A stretch of 64,000 bases of DNA from Smithellaceae bacterium (GCA_963667845.2 CAXXVL010000001.1:404148-468147), one strand, 5' to 3'. Positions 9,620 through 18,662 are shown, counted from the stretch's first letter. The notes: generated by a model not told the origin, from the letters alone. Program-made: numbers and translations.

Positions 9620-10618
9620 ATGGCAAAGATTAATACGGTACTCGGTCAAATTTTACCTGGTGAGCTTGGAAAGACTTTGGTCCATGAGCATTGCGTTATT
9701 GGATTTTCAGGATGGGAGTGCGATCCCTTGCCGGGAGGTCCCAGTCGGGCGGAAATGATCGAAAAATGTATACAGGCGCTGCTGCCGGCACGGGATCTGG
9801 GTCTGCAGTCGATTATCGAAGCAACACCGCCTGATCTGGGTCGGGATGTCGAGATCCTGAAGGCTGTCTCGGAGAGCACAGGGGTCCACATCATATGCTC
9901 AACGGGCCGATATACCGAAGAGTACGGCAAGTGGGCCTACCTGAAGCAAAGAGACAGGCTCGGGGCGTGCGACCTGCAATCCGAGCTCTATGATGCTTTC
10001 ATGTACGAAATTACAGTCGGAATCGGGCAGTCCGAAGTGCGGGCGGGGGCGATCAAGGTGGCTACTTCCCTGAACAGAATGGCCCCCTGCGAGGAAGCGG
10101 TCCTGGCTGCCGCAGCGCGGGCCTCAAAGGAAACGAGTGTTCCCATTATCACGCATACGGAAGGCGGCACATTAGGGCCCGAACAGGCAAAGTTTCTTCT
10201 GGCTGAGGGTGTAGCCCCGGGACGCATCATGATCGGCCATATGTGCGATAACCTCGGGAGCGATTATCAGGGGGATCAGAAGGAAGTCATGCAGACCGGA
10301 TCCAGCATGGCTTACTATCGCTTCGGGCTCGAGGTTTACGTCAAAGATGACAAGCGGGTCGAAGCCCTAGCCGCGCTTATTGGCGAGGGATATGCCGAAA
10401 AAATTATGATCTCTCACGATTATGTCGGCGCGTCTCAGGGGAGGGGCGGGATGTGGCCGAATCGCCTTCCTGCGCAAATAGAATCGCTGGTGCCGAACTG
10501 GTCCTACACCAACATCTTTCGGCGAATCCTACCTGCTCTGAAAGAAGCCGGCGTCACCGATCAGCAAATCCATACTTTGATGGTTGAAAATCCCCGGCGG
10601 CTCTTGGGATCAAGTTGA
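9620..10618 (+). CDS. Phosphotriesterase-family (PTE/PHP) amidohydrolase
   Basis: AAGGAG RBS. Metal-ligand motifs TLVHEHC, AIKVATS, IITHTEGG, GHMCD, MISHDY in the order expected for the PTE family. Confidence 0.85.
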   Translation: MAKINTVLGQILPGELGKTLVHEHCVIGFSGWECDPLPGGPSRAEMIEKCIQALLPARDLGLQSIIEATPPDLGRDVEILKAVSESTGVHIICSTGRYTEEYGKWAYLKQRDRLGACDLQSELYDAFMYEITVGIGQSEVRAGAIKVATSLNRMAPCEEAVLAAAARASKETSVPIITHTEGGTLGPEQAKFLLAEGVAPGRIMIGHMCDNLGSDYQGDQKEVMQTGSSMAYYRFGLEVYVKDDKRVEALAALIGEGYAEKIMISHDYVGASQGRGGMWPNRLPAQIESLVPNWSYTNIFRRILPALKEAGVTDQQIHTLMVENPRRLLGSS

Positions 10619-10641
10619 TATTGTATTTGTGAAAATTGTCT

Positions 10642-11793
10642 TTATCTATTGATTAAATCCATGCTGAAGATTTCCTCATTCTCCTGATTTCTTACCGTCA
10701 ATTTCGCACTGTTGCCGTTGATGAACACGTCCGCAAAACCATACTGACCGGCCCTGTACCAGATGCTGGCCGGGGATATGTAATTCCTTCCTTCATCAAG
10801 GCTGCCGCCGAAAGAGCCCATGACGGCGTAAGTCACTCCGTTCTTCTGCAGTACTTCCGTGTGATGCATATGACCGGATAAAACCAGATCGACCCCGTGT
10901 TTTTCGAAAAGCGGACACAGCAATGGTATTAAACGGCTGTTGTCATACCAATCCCATCCGTCTTTATTCCTTCCCGAGCAATAATAAAACGTGTGGCTCA
11001 TGACGATGCACCAGTCTTTTCGGGGTATGTCCGCAAGCTGCTTTTGCAGCCAGGCTGCCTGTTCCTTGGTGTAGGTTTGCGCCACCCATTCAATATCAAG
11101 GATGAGAAAATGAATATTGCCAATGTCTATTCTTCGCCACATATTTCCTTCAGGGTCGGTGAGAGAGTATCGTTTATAGAATTCAGCCCCGCCAAAAATC
11201 GTATCGTGATTTCCCGGAATATAGCATGTCGGCATGGCCCTGTTTAAAGATTCCATGTCCTTAGAGGCTTTGACCCACAAGCTGTAATCAAAGCCGAGGT
11301 CAACAAGATCGCCGAGCAAGAAAAACGCATCGTATGGATCGCGCCTGATGTGGTCGAGCATTTTCAAAGTGAGGTCGGTCCTGCTTTGCGCGTTTCCAAT
11401 ATGCGCGTCACCGGCTGCGGCAAAACGAAAGGTCTTCGGCTGTTGACTGCTTTTTAAAAAAATGGCAGGGGATACGGCGCCGTGGCGGATATATTTCGGA
11501 AGCAAAACATTCGATGCGAAATACAGGGAAACGGCCACGGTCAGAAAAGATATGATCAGGGTTATTTTCGATGTCGGGGTTTTCCGAAGTTTGTCTACGA
11601 TGAATGATGAGGCAGTGAATATAACCAGCGCGAGAAGCGCCAACATTTTGATAAGGGTATTGGTATATAATGTGATGTCCTCCAGCGCGCCGTGTCCGGA
11701 AAACATATAGAGAATCAACAAAACGGGTAAGGCGAGGGCCAAATATACGACAGCCTGCAATATCTTTGATAGGAAGTTTCCGGAGCTGCTCAT
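10642..11793 (-). CDS. Membrane-anchored calcineurin-like metallophosphoesterase
   Basis: Four N-terminal hydrophobic helices, then GDAHIGN, GDLVDLG, GNHD and SGHMHH metallophosphatase motifs. AGGAGA RBS. Confidence 0.88.
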   Translation of the reverse strand: MSSSGNFLSKILQAVVYLALALPVLLILYMFSGHGALEDITLYTNTLIKMLALLALVIFTASSFIVDKLRKTPTSKITLIISFLTVAVSLYFASNVLLPKYIRHGAVSPAIFLKSSQQPKTFRFAAAGDAHIGNAQSRTDLTLKMLDHIRRDPYDAFFLLGDLVDLGFDYSLWVKASKDMESLNRAMPTCYIPGNHDTIFGGAEFYKRYSLTDPEGNMWRRIDIGNIHFLILDIEWVAQTYTKEQAAWLQKQLADIPRKDWCIVMSHTFYYCSGRNKDGWDWYDNSRLIPLLCPLFEKHGVDLVLSGHMHHTEVLQKNGVTYAVMGSFGGSLDEGRNYISPASIWYRAGQYGFADVFINGNSAKLTVRNQENEEIFSMDLINR

Positions 11794-12040
11794 TCTTTAT
11801 CTCCTGCGACCTGCGGATTATGATTGAATCGCCTCAGCAAGAAAATGAAAGTAAATCGTGCTGCAAAGAACGCGGGCTTTTTCATCATTATCCCTTTTGG
11901 GGGAGCGTTAACGAACGTTGGTGTGATTTTTCTTATCACAAGTCACCGAACAACCATAGCGTAAAGCGGCGCGTCGTCAGGCAGGCAGAAGAGAAAACGA
12001 CCGGCGCATGTTTGATGGCGCAAAGTGCCGGGGGCGGTGG

Positions 12041-12219
12041 CAGTTGAACCGGGGCATCCCATCGCTCAGCATGCCCTACAACTGTGGCTCTAAGGCTCGC
12101 GGAGCGAGAGCCGAAAACTCGCCCTGCGGGCTCAGACAGTTCGGCTCTCTTTTGCTCCATTTCGCCAAGAGCCACAATATTTCGGGCATATTCGCTCATG
12201 GCATGCCCCGGTTCAACTG
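12041..12219. repeat. 179-bp element bounded by perfect 17-bp terminal inverted repeats (MITE-like or structured RNA)
   Basis: CAGTTGAACCGGGGCAT (12041-12057) is the exact reverse complement of ATGCCCCGGTTCAACTG (12203-12219). The interior holds short GC hairpins (CTCGC-GGA-GCGAG, GCCC-TGC-GGGC). Confidence 0.7.
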
Positions 12220-12433
12220 CTGTTTCTTCTTGCAATGTTTTTGAGAAGTTGTATATTGAGCGCCGGATTTCAAAAGAGCAGTAGCTTCACATTTGTCAGT
12301 TCAATTATCCTCGAAAGGAAGCGCAGGGTGATTAAATGAGACATCTCAAAACGGCATCATAAAATAGTTAGCAAATACAAAATACTAATGAGTGGCTGAA
12401 AAATGATTTTTCAAGACCCCATTCTTTGACCCT

Positions 12434-15400
12434 ATGGTAAGTGAAAGAAATCCAATACAAAACCCTGCTTGGCTAAATTCGCCACCAGAACCAACTTTTC
12501 CCCTGCCTCCGACAGCTACTCGTGCACAAACATTACCTTATCATGAGCTTTCTTGGGAAAATTTCGAACGGCTGATTCTTCGAGTTGTTCGACGAGAGGC
12601 AACCGTTGCCGAATGTTGGGTCTATGGTGAACGTGGCCAAGAACAATATGGATTGGATATCTTAGCCGAATTGCGTAACGCCCCAGGTGAGTTTGCGTGT
12701 TACCAATGCAAACAAGTTAAAAAGTTCTCTGCAACTGATATCAAGAATGCCGTTAATAAATTCCTTCAAGGCAAATGGGCCTGTACGACAAAACGCTTTG
12801 TCCTATGTACCTCATTGCAACTTACCAAAACCAACCAGGTTACTGAAATTTCAAAACAAAGGGATGCGCTCAAAGCGAAAGGAATTGAGTTTGTAACCTG
12901 GGACGGCACTGAAGCAGGGCATCTATCTGAGCATCTCAAAAAATACCCTGACTTGGTAGACGATTTCTTTCTTAGAGAATGGGTTCGTCTCTTCAATGGT
13001 TCGGATGCGGCAGATTCCCTCGGTGAAAGGCTTGATGGAGGGAACTTAGCGGAACTCCGCGTTCAACTTCGGGATATCTACTCAACATTGTTCCATCGAA
13101 ACGATCAAGGGATTCGCCTAGGCAACAGTCGGACATTGCCGCTGCTGGATCGATACATTTCTCCAGCAGTTATCGAAAGAAAGGAAGTTTTCGCAACTCG
13201 TGGGGTACTGGCAGGAAGCATGGCTAGTTCGAAAGACCAATCGTATTCCGAGGGACGACAGGAAGAAAGTCAAGGTCGATCAACTCTAGTGACGACAATC
13301 CAAGAACTGCGAACACCTGTTGGAGATTGGCTTTCTCGGCATAATAGATCAGTAATTCTGGGCGATCCTGGATATGGGAAAAGCGTATTATTACGTATTG
13401 TCGCACTGCAACTGTTGAACGGTTTGGACGATCCATTTTCTTTGCCGTGGCATGGTTTTTTACCGGTTTGGATTTCATTTGGTGGGTTTAGCGCAGCGAT
13501 CCAGCGCCAAAATGGTATCAGCCTTGAAGACTATTTTGACCAATGGTTACATCAGCATGGTGCTGATCACATTCGCCCATTGTTTCGGAGGGCAGTCATA
13601 CACGGAGAGATATTGCTTTTGATAGATGGCTTGGATGAAGGCCAAAATTTACATGCCGCCCAACAAGCCATGGACCGGCTCAGCACCTTCTTATCAATTC
13701 GTCCAATCCCCGCTGTTTTTACTAGCCGACCACGAGGTTATACGCAGGTGCGCCCCGATAGCGCCTGGCCCTTGGCACGGCTGGCATCATTCGACGAACC
13801 ACAAATCGAATGCTTCGCTCGTTCTTGGTTCAAACACTTAGAAACTCCAGAAACTGCCGCCGAAAAGGGACCTAATTGGGAAGAGTTCAGTACAGAACAA
13901 CGGAAGGATGAATTTCTGAAAGCCATTCGTTCTAACCCTAGCATAATAGATTTAGCCCGAACTCCTCTCTTCTGCCAGTTGTTGATAGACGTCTTTCGCT
14001 TCTCCCATCATTTACCTGAGCAACGCATCAAGGTCTATGACAAAATCATTGACCTGCTTTTGTCGGATCACCCCATGGCGCGCGTTCAGGCTGCCGGAAT
14101 ATTGGATCTTTCCGCATATGCACCAAGGACGGAGGATATGCGCGAAATGTTGATTCGTTTGGCACTTCATATTCAATTTGAAGGCGGTGCCGGTGTAATC
14201 TCTGCTAAGGATTGCCAAACCGTATTTTATGATTTCCTGACAGATGATATCAATGGCCCTGGATATTCACTATATGAAGCACAGCATCGGGCTAAATCCG
14301 TTATTGACTATGCACAAACGGGTTTGGGCTTGATAGTGGAGAGAGCTCCTAACGAGTTGGGCTTTTTTCACACTACTATGCAGGAATATTTGGCCGCACA
14401 AGCTATGGTTCGTAAGGAAGAACAAGAGCAGATAGATTGGCTGGCTGGTGTTTGGGATCAACCCCGGTGGCATGAAGTTGTTCTCGCCTGGTTCAGCATA
14501 ATGGGTGCCGTACAAGGGAAAACAACCACACAGCGTGCAATCGACCATCTCAAGCAGGCTGCGGCAGGTCCTTGGGCAAAACTACAACTCTTACGCTTGC
14601 GTGTCGAACTTGCCGCCAGCGATTTTGGTTTGTCGCCACGCGAGGCAAGAGCCACTATCGAAGAGGCAGCGAATCAAGTCGAAACCATACCATTCCCTGA
14701 AATACGACAAGAGATGGCTCGCTACATTGCTCTCGGTCTTCGTTCATCTTCTGTCGCCTGTCAATGTGAAGAACGAATTGCTAACTGGGTGCCCGCACGG
14801 TCGGAATGGGCAAGGGCCAATCTTTTACAAGTATTTGGTAACTGGCAAATGTCTAAAGACCTGCTGAGCACCCTCAAGTTGGCTTTACATGACGAAAGCG
14901 GACAGTGCCGCTGGGCAGCTGCCGAGACCATAGCAAAGGTATTCGCATCTGATGTGACAGTTGGTGAACATTTGGTTACAATAGCAACAAATTGGCCAGA
15001 TACGGGTGTTCGTGCGGCAGCGCTGCATGGGTTAGGGCTGGGTTGGCCAAAGCATGAAGCATTGAATGACTTGACCGACGCCGCCAGCAGCTCAAACGAT
15101 ATGGACTTGGCATTGACCGGTATCTCGCTTCGAGTTGCGAACCACCGGCATGATGACCATGACCGCCAGAGGATTTGGTTCATGTTTACCCACGGCAGCG
15201 TATCTTATGAGATGCGTGAATTTTGCCGCATGACGTTGATACAGGGGTGGAGTAAAGATGAAGAATTCAAACAATTAGGAATGGAGGCGCTTCGCAATCG
15301 TTGGAGGAACGACATAAGATTTGAGGAACAGCAAATTCTTTTCTTTCTGACTGAATCGTGGCCTGGAGATAGCGATGTCGGAAACAGTATTGCGGCCTGG

Positions 15401-17368
15401 TTTAAGAGTCTTTCCGGAACTTTTCTCATTCATGAGCATAATAAATGGGAAAGCCTCTTTAAAGGTTTTCGATGTAATAGGGAACTGTCCTATGTTCTCA
15501 AAAATGCTTTGGCGGATAGGAAAGCAAAGTATCCCTCAATTTTTTGGGGTCCTGAGGAGAAATGGGCATACTGTGTGATCGGCGATAATAATGCCAAGTT
15601 GGATGTACTCAATGCCTACTCTTCTGTGAATGGCAATATAAACAAGTATTGGATCGTATCGACCCTCATGGAAGCATGGCCCGACGATATTGACGTCAGA
15701 GAATTACTCAGCCATGAATTTCAGCGATTGCCCGGAGAAGTAGCCTTCCTTGCAAAATGGATTGATGCTTTCATGCCGGAACCTGAAAAACGCCGTGCAT
15801 GGCTTCTCGAAGCAGTGAGACAATCTGATCTTCGCTCTTTCAGAAATCCAGTTAACCGCCTCTTGATGGAATTCCACGATGAGAAATGTCTGGAAACGTT
15901 GCTTGCGGTTCTCGAGAAGGACATCTGGTATTATGACAAGATAGAAATTGAAAACCAGCTCATTGAGAACTTTCCGCACGTACCGAAGGTTCGCCAATTG
16001 GCAGAGTCATCTTTTGTTGAAATAGATGGCCCCGCTTTATCTTCCGTTGCCAGAGGATATCAACAAGACCCACTTATCCGTAATCGGCTAATGAGAACCG
16101 CACGTCCTGCCAAAGCCGACGTGAGAAGAGAAATCTTCAGAGTATTTCGAGAATACTCGATCCCCAGAGATAAGGGATTGCAACTGACTGAGGATATATG
16201 GGCCGAAGAAAAAGGTGAGATTCGCAGTGCTGGTGTAGTCGCACGTTGCATGATGGTATCTCAAAGTCCGGAGCTGAAAGTGTCGTTGGTGACAAAACTG
16301 CAAGCGGAAATAAAATCTCTCGGCACTTACTTTGAGATGCGTCGACGTGCAGCCTTCGCTGGTTTTCTGCAACTGGGCGAATACGCTTATTGCATCGAAG
16401 TAATTTCAGAGAAATCACCATCATCTACCTATTGGCTGGCCGATTATCATGACACCGATGCTGTTACAGGTCATATGTTGTTCGAACATTGGGATAAATT
16501 ATATGAAGCCTTGGGGAAACAAACCATGGCTTTTGATATGCCCTGGGGAGCACTTGTTTACAATGGGACAGTGAGAGAAGCTTTATCTATCAGTACGGCC
16601 CGTGTTAAATTGATAGATTATTTGAAGACAATGAGACCGGTGGACCAATCGGCAGAAAGCCTTGCACTCATGGCTGAGTTGCTGCCAAATTCTGGTGAAC
16701 TTCGCTCCTGCTTGATCGAAACTATCAAAGAAGGGAACCGTGGTAATATCTCCTATGAGGCTCAGAAGATTCTAGCCGAGCAATTTGGTGGTGACGAGCA
16801 AATATTGATGGAGCTTCAAGAGTCTTGGACTAAACATAACTGGCCTTCTACGATACATCCACCATTTCTTTATGCATTAATACTTGGCTGGCCGAACAGT
16901 CCTTTGCTTCACCCTTATTTAGGGCAGCATGATTTACCAGATGATTTTCCACTAATTTTTGCAATAGCTTTATGTGGGATCACTGGTAAGGAGAATCATG
17001 CCTTAGCCTGCATTGATTCAATGATTCGAATTTCGCTAAGAGACGGTAGAGCGTTGCCTGATATCTATTTGCAATGTTTGCTCAACTGGACACATTCACC
17101 TAACGCAGAAAAACTTTTGCGATGTTTAATTAATGATCAGCACCCGTCGCGCAAGATCACTGCAATAGGGCTACTTTCTACTATTGGGAAACTTACCAAT
17201 GAAGACCGTATGATGTTTGTGCGGCAGTTTGATGATTTGTTCGGGGATACTGCGAAGTCTTGCCCAGACGGATTATCCTTAATAAATTGTGCAGTTATGA
17301 CGCTACCTCAAGCAATATTCCGCTTTTTAAATCCATCACTAAATAATGATTATAGGGGTGACTTCTAA
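12434..17368 (+). CDS. NLR/STAND-type protein: N-terminal Mrr-like PD-(D/E)xK nuclease + NACHT NTPase + long HEAT/ARM-like repeat region (candidate antiphage sensor-effector)
   Basis: 1644 aa. Nuclease motif GLDILAE...CYQCKQVKK (aa 73-97). Walker A GDPGYGKS (nt 13361-13384), Walker B ILLLIDGLDE (nt 13610-13639). NACHT hallmarks ARTPLFCQLL and FFHTTMQEYLAAQ. HEAT-like helices from about aa 700. The gene is visibly AT-richer than its flanks. Confidence 0.85.
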   Translation: MVSERNPIQNPAWLNSPPEPTFPLPPTATRAQTLPYHELSWENFERLILRVVRREATVAECWVYGERGQEQYGLDILAELRNAPGEFACYQCKQVKKFSATDIKNAVNKFLQGKWACTTKRFVLCTSLQLTKTNQVTEISKQRDALKAKGIEFVTWDGTEAGHLSEHLKKYPDLVDDFFLREWVRLFNGSDAADSLGERLDGGNLAELRVQLRDIYSTLFHRNDQGIRLGNSRTLPLLDRYISPAVIERKEVFATRGVLAGSMASSKDQSYSEGRQEESQGRSTLVTTIQELRTPVGDWLSRHNRSVILGDPGYGKSVLLRIVALQLLNGLDDPFSLPWHGFLPVWISFGGFSAAIQRQNGISLEDYFDQWLHQHGADHIRPLFRRAVIHGEILLLIDGLDEGQNLHAAQQAMDRLSTFLSIRPIPAVFTSRPRGYTQVRPDSAWPLARLASFDEPQIECFARSWFKHLETPETAAEKGPNWEEFSTEQRKDEFLKAIRSNPSIIDLARTPLFCQLLIDVFRFSHHLPEQRIKVYDKIIDLLLSDHPMARVQAAGILDLSAYAPRTEDMREMLIRLALHIQFEGGAGVISAKDCQTVFYDFLTDDINGPGYSLYEAQHRAKSVIDYAQTGLGLIVERAPNELGFFHTTMQEYLAAQAMVRKEEQEQIDWLAGVWDQPRWHEVVLAWFSIMGAVQGKTTTQRAIDHLKQAAAGPWAKLQLLRLRVELAASDFGLSPREARATIEEAANQVETIPFPEIRQEMARYIALGLRSSSVACQCEERIANWVPARSEWARANLLQVFGNWQMSKDLLSTLKLALHDESGQCRWAAAETIAKVFASDVTVGEHLVTIATNWPDTGVRAAALHGLGLGWPKHEALNDLTDAASSSNDMDLALTGISLRVANHRHDDHDRQRIWFMFTHGSVSYEMREFCRMTLIQGWSKDEEFKQLGMEALRNRWRNDIRFEEQQILFFLTESWPGDSDVGNSIAAWFKSLSGTFLIHEHNKWESLFKGFRCNRELSYVLKNALADRKAKYPSIFWGPEEKWAYCVIGDNNAKLDVLNAYSSVNGNINKYWIVSTLMEAWPDDIDVRELLSHEFQRLPGEVAFLAKWIDAFMPEPEKRRAWLLEAVRQSDLRSFRNPVNRLLMEFHDEKCLETLLAVLEKDIWYYDKIEIENQLIENFPHVPKVRQLAESSFVEIDGPALSSVARGYQQDPLIRNRLMRTARPAKADVRREIFRVFREYSIPRDKGLQLTEDIWAEEKGEIRSAGVVARCMMVSQSPELKVSLVTKLQAEIKSLGTYFEMRRRAAFAGFLQLGEYAYCIEVISEKSPSSTYWLADYHDTDAVTGHMLFEHWDKLYEALGKQTMAFDMPWGALVYNGTVREALSISTARVKLIDYLKTMRPVDQSAESLALMAELLPNSGELRSCLIETIKEGNRGNISYEAQKILAEQFGGDEQILMELQESWTKHNWPSTIHPPFLYALILGWPNSPLLHPYLGQHDLPDDFPLIFAIALCGITGKENHALACIDSMIRISLRDGRALPDIYLQCLLNWTHSPNAEKLLRCLINDQHPSRKITAIGLLSTIGKLTNEDRMMFVRQFDDLFGDTAKSCPDGLSLINCAVMTLPQAIFRFLNPSLNNDYRGDF

Positions 17369-17430
17369 TCTATTTTGCCTCTGATGGTTAGAAAAGTGTC
17401 TATGAAGCGAGCGGGACGCTCGTAAAGTAA

Positions 17431-17520
17431 TAAGTTTCTAAAAGATAACGTTCTTCAACACATCACTTACCGAGCATTGGAACAGGATTGGGATCACTTC
17501 TTCCAGGCTTTGATGTTCAA
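17431..17520 (+). repeat. REP-B dispersed repeat, copy 1
   Basis: TAAGTTTCTAAAAGATAACGTTCTTCAACACATC...GGAACAGGATTGGGATCACTTCTTCCAGGCTTTGATGTTCAA aligns over about 90 nt (roughly 80% identity by eye) with 19849-19937 in the same orientation. Confidence 0.8.
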
Positions 17521-17553
17521 GGGGGCCATTGGGGGCGTCCCCAATGGCGCACA

Positions 17554-17715
17554 TTACGGTATTTTTTCGCATCTTCCATTCGCGTAAATAGCAGCCCTGC
17601 CGTCGTGATCGGGATGGCATAGGACGGGCTTCGTGTAACATTGGCAGTTCAATACTGATAATAGGATTATTAAGCTGATGACCGATATCACCGCCATAGA
17701 AATTTTCCTTTTCAT
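17554..17715 (-). CDS. Possible small exported Cys-containing peptide (53 aa)
   Basis: ATG at 17715 preceded by AAAGGGG. Encodes MKRKISMAVISVISLIILLSVLNCQCYTKPVLCHPDHDGRAAIYANGRCEKIP: signal-like N-terminus and 4 Cys in the tail. Found by hand; below the ORF-track cutoff. Confidence 0.25.
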   Translation of the reverse strand: MKRKISMAVISVISLIILLSVLNCQCYTKPVLCHPDHDGRAAIYANGRCEKIP

Positions 17716-17876
17716 ATTTACCCCTTTCTTTATTCCATCGCTTGACCTGTCTTAGTTTTATACAGCGCATTAGCCATTTCTCTAGCGAGGGCAGGATGAT
17801 GTTCCGCTTGATCCCAGGAGTGCAGTACTGTTTAAGACTGAAATTGAATGGTGATAGCAGTGCCCGGACTTTTATT

Positions 17877-17905
17877 AAAATATGGAGAGGATAGTATAAT
17901 GTCAA
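17877..17905 (-). promoter_or_regulatory. Sigma70-like promoter candidate reading leftward
   Basis: On the minus strand, TTGACA (17905-17900), 17-nt spacer, TATTTT (17882-17877). About 160 nt upstream of the small ORF at 17715. Confidence 0.3.
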
Positions 17906-18032
17906 TTGATAGAATTATACTACAGCATGGCAAGCCTTCATGGGTTTTGTTTTTAGGTAATCATTGCAGGAAGACGGGGCGACACAACACTTAATTATTT
18001 TTTTCACGATGAGGGAACCCGAGGGACGCCCT

Positions 18033-18662
18033 CTATCTCTCGATTATCAGCCGTCGGAAATTCTCGCGAAGGCTCTCGCCGATTGTTTTATCTTCACCAA
18101 GATTATCGAGGGCAAACGCAATTGCTTCGATTGTGGAAAGGCCCCCCTCGCGGGTTTGCGCGCGGAGCGACGCATGCGCGGGGTTCAGTGAGATGCGGTT
18201 TAGTTTCAGGAACCAGGGATTGCGCCACCACAGCGTTTTTGCCTGCTTCCATGACCCGTCAAGTGCGATGATCCCTTTCAGAAATCCGGAATCGGTGATG
18301 CGCTGTTTCTTCCGGTCCAAAATGGCGACGGGTGGATCCGAGGCATTGCCTTTGCTGTCAAGAAACAGGATTCCCCATTGTGAAGGCATTGCGGATTCCC
18401 CCGCAACCGACTTGAATCCGTTCCAGGAGAGGCCGACACGAACGTCGCTGTTCTTCAGCATGATGTTGGTGAGCCAGGCGGAATTGAGCTCTTTGTATTG
18501 TTCCTGCGGGTGCTGAAGAATGATCACAGAGATTCGGTTCTCGAGAACCGGCGCCTTTGCGCAGAGGCACTCATCCTGGTCCCGGTGGCATTTCGGACAT
18601 GCCCGCTGGCGGTCGATTTTCCGGTGCACTCTGGGATCCCGGAATTTGACGGATTGGACCAT
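18033..18662 (-). CDS. DTW-domain protein (tRNA-uridine aminocarboxypropyltransferase family)
   Basis: N-terminal Cys cluster CPKCHRDQDECLC, ILQHPQE, then IALDGSWKQA (a DTW-motif variant) and a distal GLSTIEA region. Confidence 0.78.
   Translation of the reverse strand: MVQSVKFRDPRVHRKIDRQRACPKCHRDQDECLCAKAPVLENRISVIILQHPQEQYKELNSAWLTNIMLKNSDVRVGLSWNGFKSVAGESAMPSQWGILFLDSKGNASDPPVAILDRKKQRITDSGFLKGIIALDGSWKQAKTLWWRNPWFLKLNRISLNPAHASLRAQTREGGLSTIEAIAFALDNLGEDKTIGESLRENFRRLIIER

Noticed and set aside
11936-12244. ORFs of 99 aa (minus) and 78 aa (plus) in the islet margin
   Set aside because: They overlap each other inside the TIR-bounded element. Translations are Ala/Arg/Ser/Pro-rich, and there is no RBS. 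They are better explained as non-coding repeat or structured DNA.
17438-17905. 155-aa minus-strand ORF downstream of the NLR gene
   Set aside because: Its TTG start is the TTGACA of a promoter-like box. Its C-terminal third is encoded by the REP-B repeat (the second REP-B copy translates similarly by chance of shared DNA). It has no RBS and no motifs.
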